Below are positions 1 through 13,191 of a DNA stretch of 64,000 bases, one piece after another; the stretch's first letter is position 1, and each line of letters opens with the position of its first letter. The notes under the pieces were generated by a model. The model had not been told where the DNA came from, did not search any database, and worked only from the letters and a program-made list of their open reading frames with translations. The stretch comes from an uncultured Fidelibacterota bacterium (GTDB lineage Bacteria > Fidelibacterota > Marinisomatia > Marinisomatales > Marinisomataceae): contig CACGRA010000002.1 of assembly GCA_902575395.1 (NCBI GenBank), forward strand, positions 13,613-77,612, in the 5' to 3' direction. A program made the translations under genes and the position numbers.

Positions 1-1
1 A

Positions 2-511
2 TTAAACCTCCGTTCTTCAATCGGTTCCACTTTGCCTAGCGTTAATCTTAGTGTTGGAATGAATGCTTCATCACCAGAAGAAATGACCAGTGAATTTTTT
101 GAAGATAATTATATTAAAAGTGCAAATTTAACAATTAGTATTCCAATTTTTTCTGGTCTTAAAAATAGAAATAATGTACAAATATCAAAAATTAGACTTG
201 GTCAATCAGAAAGAACATATAAGTCATCAAATATAGATTCAAGAGTGGCGTTATCATCTTTAATTAATACATTAAATAATTATGAAGAAATTATTCCTAT
301 ATATGAAGAAGTGTTAATTTCTGCAGAAGAAGATTTGAGATTAGCGCAAAATAAATATGAACTTGGTTCTGCAACTATATTAGAATTGCTTGATGCACAA
401 TTAGCAGTACTCCAAGCAAGTTCAACATTGGTAACAACAAAATATGATGCTGCAATTCAACTTGCTAATTTGGACAAATTATTGGGCACGCTTGATAAAA
501 AATATCGATAA
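2..511 (+). CDS. TolC-family outer-membrane efflux protein, C-terminal part (5' end upstream of window)
   Basis: The frame is open from the window edge. The C-terminal repeat ...YELGSATILELLDAQLAV... is typical of the OEP/TolC family. MFP, ABC and FtsX genes follow directly. Confidence 0.7.
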   Translation, partial: LNLRSSIGSTLPSVNLSVGMNASSPEEMTSEFFEDNYIKSANLTISIPIFSGLKNRNNVQISKIRLGQSERTYKSSNIDSRVALSSLINTLNNYEEIIPIYEEVLISAEEDLRLAQNKYELGSATILELLDAQLAVLQASSTLVTTKYDAAIQLANLDKLLGTLDKKYR

Positions 512-520
512 GGAGAAGAA

Positions 521-1765
521 GTGAAGAAAAAAATAATAATTGGTGTAGTAGTTTTATTAGCTATTGTTTTATATATAAATCCATTTTCATCTAAAGGCGA
601 TGGATCTATTGAAATATCTACAATAAAACTTGAAAGAAAAGATTTATCTAGTAAAGTAGTTGCAGATGGAGTACTTCAACCAGAAATCGAAATTAAGCTA
701 AGTTCAAACACTACTACATATATCACTGAAATTGCAGTGCAAGAAGGTGATATTGTTAAAAAAGGTGATTATTTAATGTCTTTAGATGATCGCCAACAAA
801 GAGCAGCTACTGAAGCATCAAGAGCAAGCGTTGAAGCAACAAAAGTAAATTTAAGTAATGCAGAGATTAAAAAATCGCGTCAAGAAAAATTATATAAACA
901 AGGTTTAATATCTGATCAAGAAATGGAAACTAGTAATTCTTCCTATGCATCTGCTTTAAGTTCTTATAATCAAGCTGCAGCACGACTGATTCAAGAAGAA
1001 GATGCTTTACAAAAATTAAGATTAGTTGCACCTCAAGATGGCACTATCACTTATTTAAAAGGTGAAGTTGGAGATTTAGCGCAAGGAGGAATGTTTAGTC
1101 CTCAAGTATTGTTAAAGTTATCTGATCTATCAAAAATGGAAGTCTTAGTAAATGTCAATGAGAATGATATTACAGATGTTTCCTTAAATGATTATGCATT
1201 AGTTGAAGTTGATGCATATCAAAATCGTAAATTTAAAGGAGTCGTGAAAGAAGTTGCATATGCAGCATCCACCACTAGCGGAGGATCTCAACAACAAGTA
1301 ACTAATTTTCAAGTGAAAATTCAAATGCTAGAAGTTGCTCCTGGTATGCGTCCTGGAATGAGTGCTACAGTTGACATTGTTACAGAAAATAGAGAACAAG
1401 CAATTGCAATCCCAATTCAATCTTTAACATCTCCTCGTAAAAAACCAATGGGAGATGAAGGTAAAAAACCTGCATTTAATGTTGAGGTTAATACTCAAGA
1501 ACGATGGTCATCAAATAAGAAGGATGGAAAAAATAAAGGCAAGAATGTTGTATTTGTAGTTAAAGGGGATATTGTAGAACAACGTTTTGTTGAAACTGGC
1601 ATTGTTGGCGATAGAGATTATGAAATTTTGTCTGGATTACAAGAAGGTGAAGAAATTGTGACTGGGAGCTTTGTTGCAATCAGCAGAGATTTATATGATG
1701 GTGCAAAAATAAAAGTAAAAGACAAATCAAATAATAAACAAAGATCTAGTCGTAAACGTGGCTAA
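521..1765 (+). CDS. Efflux periplasmic adaptor (HlyD/MacA membrane-fusion family)
   Basis: GTG start after AGGAG. N-terminal membrane anchor, a coiled-coil segment ([25 protein letters not shown]) and a beta-barrel C-terminus. Sits between TolC-like and MacB-like genes. Confidence 0.8.
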   Translation: MKKKIIIGVVVLLAIVLYINPFSSKGDGSIEISTIKLERKDLSSKVVADGVLQPEIEIKLSSNTTTYITEIAVQEGDIVKKGDYLMSLDDRQQRAATEASRASVEATKVNLSNAEIKKSRQEKLYKQGLISDQEMETSNSSYASALSSYNQAAARLIQEEDALQKLRLVAPQDGTITYLKGEVGDLAQGGMFSPQVLLKLSDLSKMEVLVNVNENDITDVSLNDYALVEVDAYQNRKFKGVVKEVAYAASTTSGGSQQQVTNFQVKIQMLEVAPGMRPGMSATVDIVTENREQAIAIPIQSLTSPRKKPMGDEGKKPAFNVEVNTQERWSSNKKDGKNKGKNVVFVVKGDIVEQRFVETGIVGDRDYEILSGLQEGEEIVTGSFVAISRDLYDGAKIKVKDKSNNKQRSSRKRG

Positions 1766-2447
1766 ATCAAAAAAAGAAATAATTTCAATCAAGTCAATCT
1801 CCAAAATTTATCATTTAGGAGACAATGTTGTTAAAGCATTAGACAAGGCTTCATTGAGCATATATGATAATGATTTTATCTCTATTATGGGTCCATCAGG
1901 GTCTGGTAAATCCACATTGATGAATATTATTGGATGTTTAGATGTTCCTACAAAAGGAACTTATAAATTTCAAAATGAATTAATATCTGAAATGAATGAT
2001 AGCCAACTTGCTAATATTAGGAATGAAAAGATTGGCTTTGTTTTTCAAACTTTTAATCTCTTACCAAAACTTAATGCAGTTCAAAATGTAGAAGTTCCAT
2101 TGATTTATTCTTCTTTAAGTAGAAAAGAAAGACTTGAAAGATCTAAGGAAGCACTCAATATTGTTGGATTAGCTGATCGAATGACTCATAAACCAAATGA
2201 ATTATCTGGAGGACAGAGACAGCGTGTGGCTATTGCGCGTGCTTTGGTAAATAAACCATCTATTATATTAGCGGATGAGCCAACTGGTAATTTAGACTCA
2301 AAAAGCGGTGAAGAAATTTTAAAATTTTTTGATCAACTTCATAAAGCCGGCAATACACTAATCATTGTTACACATGAAAAATCAGTTGCAAAACGCGCAA
2401 AAAGAAGAGTAGAAATTTTTGATGGTAAAATTACTTTAGATGAATAG
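1758..2447 (+). CDS. MacB/LolD-type ABC transporter ATP-binding protein
   Basis: Walker [10 protein letters not shown], signature LSGGQRQR, Walker [12 protein letters not shown]. Overlaps both neighbouring genes by 8 nt. Confidence 0.9.
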   Translation: MAKSKKEIISIKSISKIYHLGDNVVKALDKASLSIYDNDFISIMGPSGSGKSTLMNIIGCLDVPTKGTYKFQNELISEMNDSQLANIRNEKIGFVFQTFNLLPKLNAVQNVEVPLIYSSLSRKERLERSKEALNIVGLADRMTHKPNELSGGQRQRVAIARALVNKPSIILADEPTGNLDSKSGEEILKFFDQLHKAGNTLIIVTHEKSVAKRAKRRVEIFDGKITLDE

Positions 2448-3660
2448 TATAATAAAAAATATTCTCATTGGTCTTGCAGCAATTAGAGCCAATATTGTAA
2501 GAGTTGCACTTACTTCTTTAGGTCTAACCATTGGTATTTTTACTGTTAGCGTTGTTACTGCTGGAGTCTCAAGTATCGATAAAGAATTTGCAAAATCGAT
2601 GGCTTATTATGGTAATGATAAATTGTATGTTTCTACATGGCCTTGGTCGTTTGATTTTGATTGGTGGAAATATCGTAATCGTCCAAAAATCAAAGAAGAA
2701 TCTCTTACTTATATTAATCAGTATAGTGAATATGTTACGGATGTTTCTGTTAAAAAAAATACTTGGATAAGAGCAAATTATCAAAATAAAGCTTCTTGGC
2801 TTCAAATTAATGGCGTATATCCTAGTTATGGTGATATGTTAAGTGGTACAAAAATTGTAAATGGTAGATTTTTCTCTCAAAATGAATGGGATTTACAAAG
2901 AAGAGTTGTGATAGTTGGTGGAAAAGTTCGTGAAGGATTTTTTGATGGAGAAAGTCCAATAGGTAAAAAAATAAAAATTGGTGGAGTTACTGTTGAAATT
3001 ATTGGAGAATTAAAAGAGCAAGGCATGGGCATGGTTCCAGGTGGCACTCTTGATAATCTTGTCATTATGCCTTCAACAACTTTTAAACGTATCTTAACAA
3101 GATGGGGTTTTGATGAATTGGTATTACAAACAAAGCCTGAAGATTTAAATAAAGCAAAAGAAGAAGTTGCAATGATTATGCGCGTTGCTCGCAAATTAAG
3201 ACCTGATCAAGATGATAATTTCTCTGTTAATTCTGCTGATGCTTATCAAAGTCAGTTTGATAGTTTAAAAACTGCTATTGCTGCAATGGGTTTTATGGTT
3301 ACAGGAATATCTTTAGTGGTTTCTGCAATTGGAATTATGAATGTAATGTTTGTTTCAGTAAAAGAAAGAACAAAAGAAATTGGTCTTAGAAAAGCAATGG
3401 GTGCAACTAACAATAATATTTTAATTCAATTTCTAAGCGAAGCTATTGCAATTTCCATTATTGGAGGTACAATAGGTATTGCTTTAGTTAAATTGATTAC
3501 TGTTGCACTTTCTTCTTATGCCGGTCTTCCAGTCGAATTTGACCTTCTTTTGATTTTCTATACTTTCCTAATTTGTGTATTTATCGGAATTACATCTGGA
3601 ATGATTCCAGCAAGAACTGCTGCAAACCTTAATCCAATTGATGCATTACGCCATGAATAG
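2440..3660 (+). CDS. ABC transporter permease (MacB periplasmic domain + FtsX)
   Basis: N-terminal TM helix, a large periplasmic domain and a C-terminal FtsX-like 3-TM bundle ([15 protein letters not shown]). Confidence 0.85.
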   Translation: MNSIIKNILIGLAAIRANIVRVALTSLGLTIGIFTVSVVTAGVSSIDKEFAKSMAYYGNDKLYVSTWPWSFDFDWWKYRNRPKIKEESLTYINQYSEYVTDVSVKKNTWIRANYQNKASWLQINGVYPSYGDMLSGTKIVNGRFFSQNEWDLQRRVVIVGGKVREGFFDGESPIGKKIKIGGVTVEIIGELKEQGMGMVPGGTLDNLVIMPSTTFKRILTRWGFDELVLQTKPEDLNKAKEEVAMIMRVARKLRPDQDDNFSVNSADAYQSQFDSLKTAIAAMGFMVTGISLVVSAIGIMNVMFVSVKERTKEIGLRKAMGATNNNILIQFLSEAIAISIIGGTIGIALVKLITVALSSYAGLPVEFDLLLIFYTFLICVFIGITSGMIPARTAANLNPIDALRHE

Positions 3661-4918
3661 AATTTTTAACTATTTAAGTGATGCAATTGGAGGAGTGCTC
3701 TTTTATTTTGGACAAACCAAACTTCGTACATTTTTAACACTTCTTGGTATTACTGTTGGTGTTTCTTCTATTATTGCTATTATGACAGTATTAACTACTT
3801 TTGATAAAGCTACATCAGGATTAGTTGAAGAAATGAAAACCAATGTATTCTATATCACAAAAGATAATCCTATAGAAATCAGTTTTGGAAGTCAAGGACG
3901 AAGTTCAAGAAATAAACCAAGAATTACATGGTCAGAATATGAACAATTGAAACGAACTTTAACGCTAACAAAAAATGTGTCTGCAGTTGTAGCTGAAGAA
4001 CCAAGTGACCGTACAATTAGCGTTGGAAAAGAAGAATTAAAAAATCGATTATCAAGTTTTTGGGGTGGAGATTCTGAAATTCTTGCTCTTTATAAGTATG
4101 ATATTATTACTGGTCGTAATATGCGAGAGCAAGACTTAAATGATCGTGCACGTGTTGCAATGATTGGCTACGATATTAAAGAAGAATTATTTCCTTATTC
4201 TGATCCTGTTGGACAGACAGTCAAAATAGACAATATACCATTTACGGTTATTGCTTTACTTGAACCTAAAGGAGAAATGTTAGGTCAAAGCATGGATAGC
4301 ATGATTGGTATACCTATATCTACATTTTTGCAATATTTTGGTGGTAGAAATTGGAGAAGAGCCGACTTACAATTAGTTTTGGAATCAGAATCAATGGACA
4401 CTTTAGATGCTGCAACAGATGAAGCAATTGGAGCCTTTAGAGCTATTCGAAAAATTCCACCAGGTGAAGATAATAATTTTTATATCGCAACCAATGATCA
4501 ATTAATGGATACATTTGGTGATTTTACTCAATATTTACAGATTTTTATCGGATTAGTAGCAGGAATTTCTTTATTAGTTGCTGGTATTGGTATTGCTAAC
4601 ATTATGCTCGTTTCGCTTACAGAGAGAATTAAAGAGATTGGTGTGAGAAAAGCTTTAGGAGCTAGACGAATTGATATATTTCTACAATTTTTAATTGAAG
4701 CCATGCTCATTTCAATTATTGGCGGAATTTTTGGAGTTATTCTTGGGTTATTATTTGGAAATGTTGTTGCATATTTTATGGAGCAAGATCCTACTATTCC
4801 ATTTAATTGGGTATGGTATAGTATTCAAATTTGTGCTGCTATGGGGATTATATTTGGATTATATCCCGCAATTAGAGCATCAAATCTTAATCCTATTGAC
4901 TCTATTCGATACGAATAG
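3638..4918 (+). CDS. ABC transporter permease (MacB periplasmic domain + FtsX), second copy
   Basis: Same architecture as the preceding gene (TERIKEIGVRKALGA). The start is ambiguous: TTG 3638, ATG 3641 or ATG 3653. Confidence 0.85.
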   Translation: MMHYAMNRIFNYLSDAIGGVLFYFGQTKLRTFLTLLGITVGVSSIIAIMTVLTTFDKATSGLVEEMKTNVFYITKDNPIEISFGSQGRSSRNKPRITWSEYEQLKRTLTLTKNVSAVVAEEPSDRTISVGKEELKNRLSSFWGGDSEILALYKYDIITGRNMREQDLNDRARVAMIGYDIKEELFPYSDPVGQTVKIDNIPFTVIALLEPKGEMLGQSMDSMIGIPISTFLQYFGGRNWRRADLQLVLESESMDTLDAATDEAIGAFRAIRKIPPGEDNNFYIATNDQLMDTFGDFTQYLQIFIGLVAGISLLVAGIGIANIMLVSLTERIKEIGVRKALGARRIDIFLQFLIEAMLISIIGGIFGVILGLLFGNVVAYFMEQDPTIPFNWVWYSIQICAAMGIIFGLYPAIRASNLNPIDSIRYE

Positions 4919-4934
4919 ATAAATTGTACTTTCT

Positions 4935-5242
4935 ATGTCTAAATCAAAAAAAGTAACAAAAGAAGAAGTAAAAAAAATAGCTACACTATCTAAGCTATCT
5001 TTATCTGAGTCAGAATTAAAGAATCATACAAAGGATATGAATAATATCTTAGAGTATATGGACTTATTAAATGAAATTGATACATCAAACACAGAAGAGT
5101 TAGTCAATGTGCATGATGCAAAAAGTGATTTAAGAGAAGACCAGTCAGAAGATTCTATTCCAAAAGATAAAGTCATTGATAATAGCCCTCAGTCTAAAGA
5201 AGATTACATTGAAATTCCTTTGGTTGTGAAAAAGGATAGCCA

Positions 5243-5246
<4 letters not shown>
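4935..5246 (+). CDS. gatC: Asp/Glu-tRNA amidotransferase subunit C
   Basis: About 100 aa. VKKIATLSKLSLSESELKNHTKDMNNILEYMDLLNEIDT matches the GatC pattern. Confidence 0.8.
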
Positions 5247-8348
<3,102 letters not shown>

Positions 8349-8356
<8 letters not shown>

Positions 8357-8891
8357 TGCTTTAAAAGAAAAATTAGAACAAATTAAGCTTTTAATTTGTG
8401 ATGTAGATGGCGTTTTAACTGATGGAACACTTATTTACACTACCAATGGAGAAGAAGCAAAGAATTTTAGTGTATTAGATGGAGTTGGATTTCATATGCT
8501 TAATCGATTGGATATTGATCTGAAAACTGCTTGGATTACTGGTAGAGAATGCGCTACCACATCATATCGTGCAGAAAAATTAAAAATTGATAAAGTATAT
8601 AATGGTGTAATTAGAAAAATTGAATCTTATAATGAGCTGAAAGAAGAATATAATATACAAGATCATGAAATTTGTTTTATTGGTGATGATATTATTGATA
8701 TGCCACTCTTTGAAAAAGTTGGTTTAGCTGTTTCAGTGCCAAATGCACCAGATTATGTTTCAAAGCATGCACACTATATTACATCAAAAGCTGGTGGATA
8801 TGGTGCGGTTAGGGAAGTGATTGATTTAATTATTAGCTCAAGGGGCAATTTTGATGATGCAATCAACCAGTTGCTTTCTGAATTACGATGA
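8349..8891 (+). CDS. kdsC: KDO-8-phosphate phosphatase (HAD family)
   Basis: DVDGVLTDG HAD motif I and GDDIIDMP motif. Lies directly after kdsA. Confidence 0.8.
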
Positions 8892-9403
8892 AGTTTCATT
8901 ATCTCGCATTTTTTCTTCTTATTGCTTGTTATAGCAATGATAATACAAGCGAAAAAACGACTAAATCAGTTCATAGTCAACTTTCATCAGATGTTGAAAT
9001 TACATTAACAGAAATGGGTAATATCAAAGCCTTAGTTACAGCAGAATTATTAGAAAAAAATGATGATGATTTTGTTCTAAAACTAACTAATGATGTAGTC
9101 GTTGATTTATATGATACCAACTATCATCATTCTTCTACTGTTAAATCAGATTATGCACTTGTAAGCGAAAAAGAAAATCAAATCAATGCCTTTGGAAATG
9201 TGATTGTTAAAGCTGATAATGGTGAAGAATTATTAACAGATTCTCTTTTATGGGATAATAAAGTAGATAGAATATTTACAGATGCAGAATTAATATTTAT
9301 TTCAGGAGAGCTTGATACTTTTTATGGAAAAGGATTTGAATCAAATATTGATTTAACTGAATGGAAAATTACAAAGCCTAGAGGAATTATTAACAATGAC
9401 TAA
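8888..9403 (+). CDS. lptC: LptC-like LPS export periplasmic protein (lipoprotein-type signal)
   Basis: Signal peptide with LIAC lipobox and a beta-jellyroll-like repeat pattern. Sits between kdsC and lptB, as in the canonical operon. Confidence 0.55.
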   Translation: MKFHYLAFFLLIACYSNDNTSEKTTKSVHSQLSSDVEITLTEMGNIKALVTAELLEKNDDDFVLKLTNDVVVDLYDTNYHHSSTVKSDYALVSEKENQINAFGNVIVKADNGEELLTDSLLWDNKVDRIFTDAELIFISGELDTFYGKGFESNIDLTEWKITKPRGIINND

Positions 9404-10124
9404 AATTTTAGAAACTAAAAACTTAAAGAAAAGTTTCTCTAGTAGAACCGTAGTTAATGAAGTGAATTTGAATCTTGCTAAAGGAGAGATTGTTGGATTG
9501 TTAGGACCAAATGGAGCTGGAAAAACGACCACATTTTATATGATTACTGGAATGATTAGACCATCTTCTGGTGAAATATTTTTTGATGATAATAATATTA
9601 CTACTGCTCCAATGTATCAACGAGCAAGAATGGGAATAGGATATCTTGCACAAGAACCATCTATTTTTGCAAAGTTAACTGTAGAAGACAATTTGAGAAT
9701 TGTATTAGAAAATATTCTTCCATCTAAAGATGAGCAAACCGAATTGATTGATAAGTTGCTTTTACAATTTAATATTGATCACTTAAGAAATAATTTGGGA
9801 GGCAGTCTTTCTGGAGGAGAAAGAAGAAGAGTAGAAATATGTCGTACATTATCATTAAAACCAGATTTTATCTTACTCGATGAACCATTTGCAGGAGTTG
9901 ATCCGATTGCTGTGGAAGATATACAACAAATTGTTACTTCTTTAAAGGAGCAAAATATTGGTGTGCTTATTACAGATCACAATGTTAGAGAAACACTTTC
10001 TATTACAGATCGATCTTATTTATTATATAATGGTAAAATTTTGAAATCTGGAGATGCGGAAACATTGGCTAATGATGAAGAAGTCCGCAAATTATATCTT
10101 GGCAATAAATTCAGGCTTGATTAA
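9396..10124 (+). CDS. lptB: LPS export ABC transporter ATP-binding protein
   Basis: GPNGAGKTT, LSGGERRRVEI and LLDEPFAGVDP motifs. rpoN follows. Confidence 0.9.
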   Translation: MTKILETKNLKKSFSSRTVVNEVNLNLAKGEIVGLLGPNGAGKTTTFYMITGMIRPSSGEIFFDDNNITTAPMYQRARMGIGYLAQEPSIFAKLTVEDNLRIVLENILPSKDEQTELIDKLLLQFNIDHLRNNLGGSLSGGERRRVEICRTLSLKPDFILLDEPFAGVDPIAVEDIQQIVTSLKEQNIGVLITDHNVRETLSITDRSYLLYNGKILKSGDAETLANDEEVRKLYLGNKFRLD

Positions 10125-11410
10125 TGAATAAGATTTCTACAAAGCTTAGACAAAAACAGACCGCTATTCCAAAACAAATTCTTCAATCCCGTTTTTTAGA
10201 GATGTCTCTTTCTGATATCGAAGAAGAATTACAGAGTGAAATTGAAAAAAATCCAGTTTTGGTTGAAAAAAATTTAGAAGATTTTAGAGAAAAATCTTCA
10301 GATACATCCCAATTTGATAATCAAGAAAATTATGATTTATTTCTCGCAAATGTTGCAGAAGATATAGACGTTGTTGGGAATCTAATTAAGCAAATAGAAG
10401 AATCAGAAATGGATAACAGAGATAAAGAAATTGCTAAACAAGTTATTTTTAATGTCGATGAAGGTGGATTTCTTGATATTGAACCTGAATTAATTGCTGA
10501 TAATTGTAATGCTGACTTAAGCGAAGTAGAAAATATGATTAATTTGGTCAAAACTCTTAATCCTATTGGAGTAGGGTGTAAAGATGTACAAGAATATCTT
10601 TTGCTTCAAATCAATGAAAATGATTCTTTTGCCAAAAAGATTATTATGGAACATTTTGATGATTTTTTACAACAAGATTTCTCAAAAATTAAATCACACC
10701 TAAATTGTTCTGATTCTGAATTTGATAAAGCATTAAATATAATATCTTCTAAAAATTTTTCTCCAATTATTAATTATGATGAGTCAGATTATGTCATTCC
10801 TGATTTGATTATTAGGTTGAAAGATGAAAAATGGATTATTTTGGTCAATGATAAAAATTTGAGCAAATTTAAAATTGCTAACGATTATTTAGATGAAGCG
10901 ATGATGCAAAAATTTTCTGATAAAGAAAAAAAGTTTATGAATGATCATATTGACAATGCACAAAATTTATTAGATGCGATTGTATTTAGATCTACGACTA
11001 TTAAAGATGTGATGAAAGAAATTATTGCTTTACAGAATGATTATTTATCTGGCAATCAAGAATATCCTAATCCACTTCGCTTGGAAGATATTGCTCAAAA
11101 ATTAGAAATGGATATTTCAACAGTTAGTAGAACAATTAAAGATAAATATGTTGATACTCCTCTTGGTGTTATAAGTTTAAAAACTTTCTTTAGTAGTAAA
11201 GTTGTAAAAGATTCTGGTGAAGTGATTGGTAAAAAAGAATTAGAAGATATTATTAGGAATCTTATTGATTCAGAAGATAAAGATAGTCCGTTGTCTGATT
11301 TAGAGATAGCAAATTTGTTAAAAGAACAAAATATTTCTATTGCAAGAAGAACAGTGGCTAAATATCGAGAATCAATGCATATTCCAAGTGTAAAAAGGAG
11401 AAAAAAGTGA
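10124..11410 (+). CDS. rpoN: RNA polymerase sigma-54 factor
   Basis: C-terminal RpoN box ARRTVAKYRE, an HTH segment (ISTVSRTI) and the conserved position after lptB. Confidence 0.9.
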   Translation: MNKISTKLRQKQTAIPKQILQSRFLEMSLSDIEEELQSEIEKNPVLVEKNLEDFREKSSDTSQFDNQENYDLFLANVAEDIDVVGNLIKQIEESEMDNRDKEIAKQVIFNVDEGGFLDIEPELIADNCNADLSEVENMINLVKTLNPIGVGCKDVQEYLLLQINENDSFAKKIIMEHFDDFLQQDFSKIKSHLNCSDSEFDKALNIISSKNFSPIINYDESDYVIPDLIIRLKDEKWIILVNDKNLSKFKIANDYLDEAMMQKFSDKEKKFMNDHIDNAQNLLDAIVFRSTTIKDVMKEIIALQNDYLSGNQEYPNPLRLEDIAQKLEMDISTVSRTIKDKYVDTPLGVISLKTFFSSKVVKDSGEVIGKKELEDIIRNLIDSEDKDSPLSDLEIANLLKEQNISIARRTVAKYRESMHIPSVKRRKK

Positions 11411-12327
11411 GCATTAAACATTGTATTAAAGTAGATGATTTTTCAAAAGAAGAAATTTTAAATCTATTTACTTTAGCTGCCGATTTAAAAGCAAAATATC
11501 GTAATAAAGAAGAGTTTAAACCATTTGCAAACCATTCTATGGCAATGATATTTGCCAAACCATCTGCAAGAACAAGGGTATCATTTGAAACTGGCTTTTC
11601 TTGGATGGGAGGACATGCAATTTATTTGGCTCCTCAAGATATTGGCCTTGGAAAAAGAGAAAGCGCTTCAGATTTAGCACAATTATTTAGTCGATATAAT
11701 GATTTAATCATGGCACGTGTGTTTAGCCATCAAGATATCTTAGATTTTGAAACACACGCTACTGTTCCTGTTATTAATGGATTAACTGATTACAATCATC
11801 CATGCCAAATTTTGACGGATATGTTTACAGTGTGGGAACAAAAGAAAGATACATTTGATAATTTGAAAATTGTCTATGTAGGTGATGGAAATAATATTGT
11901 TAATTCTTGGATGCGATTAGCTTCTGTTCTTCCTTTTGAATTTGTTTGTGTGTGTCCTGAAGGATATTCTCCTGATTCAGATACAATGAAATTTGCAAAT
12001 GATGCTGGCATATCTAATGTTTCGGTATCCCACTCACTTGATGCTGTTCAAAATGCAGATGTAATTTATACAGATGTATGGGCATCCATGGGTCAAAAAG
12101 AAGAAATTGATGAACGCATCAAAATATTTTCTCCATTTCAAGTGAATTCAGAGTTAGTAAAGAATGTCAAAGATGATTATTTGTTTATGCATTGCTTACC
12201 AGCAGAACGTGGAAGAGAAGTCACAGATAATGTGATTGATTCAGACAATTCAATTGTATTTGAACAAGCAGAAAATAGACTACACATTCAAAATGCAATT
12301 ATGGTTCAATTGTGTAACAAAGGATAA
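11407..12327 (+). CDS. argF: Ornithine carbamoyltransferase
   Basis: SARTRVSFE carbamoyl-phosphate motif, HPCQILTD, and HCLPAERGREV. GTGA overlap with rpoN. Confidence 0.85.
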   Translation: MSIKHCIKVDDFSKEEILNLFTLAADLKAKYRNKEEFKPFANHSMAMIFAKPSARTRVSFETGFSWMGGHAIYLAPQDIGLGKRESASDLAQLFSRYNDLIMARVFSHQDILDFETHATVPVINGLTDYNHPCQILTDMFTVWEQKKDTFDNLKIVYVGDGNNIVNSWMRLASVLPFEFVCVCPEGYSPDSDTMKFANDAGISNVSVSHSLDAVQNADVIYTDVWASMGQKEEIDERIKIFSPFQVNSELVKNVKDDYLFMHCLPAERGREVTDNVIDSDNSIVFEQAENRLHIQNAIMVQLCNKG

Positions 12328-12354
12328 TAATGATATTGAAATAATTACAAATCC

Positions 12355-13095
12355 TTAAAAGAAATTCTTTATTTCTAATGTATTACCATCAAAGATAACA
12401 TAGTTATAATTCTTTTCATCACATTCACCAAGAAGAATCAATTCACCACCATTTAGTTTTTTGTTATAAGAATGGTGATAATGACCCATAATAATATAAT
12501 CACATCCTTCGCTAATTCGTTGTGTTGCAAAATTTTCTAATTCGGTGTGAATTTTCTCTTCTTTTTCACGATCTATTTTGTGTGAATCTTTTCTTTCATA
12601 AGATATTTTCTTTGCGATTTTAAAAGCTATGCTTTCTGGGATTAAAGAAAAGAGTATAATAAATAATCTGCTTCTTAAGATAGATTTCAAACAACGATAT
12701 GACTTGTCCCATGATAGAATTCCGTCTCCATGTGTGATATAAAATTTCTTATTATTGGCTGTAACAACAGTATCATCAAGATAAGATTCTGTTACATGGC
12801 TTTTGAAATGTTTTCCAATCCAATAGTCATGATTTCCAGCAACAAAATGAATATCAAATCCTTTATTTTTAATATCATCAAGCAATGCAAATATCTTTTG
12901 ATGGTATTCTGGAGTCCTATTTTTGTATTCAAAATAATAATCAAATAAGTCACCCATAATGAATAATGTTCCTTGATTGTTATTATTTGTAATCATATTT
13001 AAGAATTGAGAAAATTTTTCAATTTTCTTGTCTTCTTTTTCTGATGAAGATAGTTGAAAATGATTATCTCCAAAAAAGTATATTGGCAATTGCAT
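12355..13095 (-). CDS. lpxH: UDP-2,3-diacylglucosamine hydrolase (LpxH-type metallophosphoesterase)
   Basis: Metallophosphoesterase motifs GDNH, MGDLFD, AGNHD, THGD and GHYH, spaced as in LpxH. Confidence 0.75.
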   Translation of the reverse strand: MQLPIYFFGDNHFQLSSSEKEDKKIEKFSQFLNMITNNNNQGTLFIMGDLFDYYFEYKNRTPEYHQKIFALLDDIKNKGFDIHFVAGNHDYWIGKHFKSHVTESYLDDTVVTANNKKFYITHGDGILSWDKSYRCLKSILRSRLFIILFSLIPESIAFKIAKKISYERKDSHKIDREKEEKIHTELENFATQRISEGCDYIIMGHYHHSYNKKLNGGELILLGECDEKNYNYVIFDGNTLEIKNFF

Positions 13096-13191
13096 GAAAA
13101 AACTTAATCTTTATATTAAATCTCTCCAATATTTAATTATTTTTTTTACTTTTTTGATATTTATTCTGTCTAATATTTTATAAAATCTTCC

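Noticed and set aside
2531-3194. Several 78-105-aa alternative-frame and antisense ORFs within the first FtsX permease gene
   Set aside because: They are nested in a gene with clear family features. They are typical off-frame artefacts.
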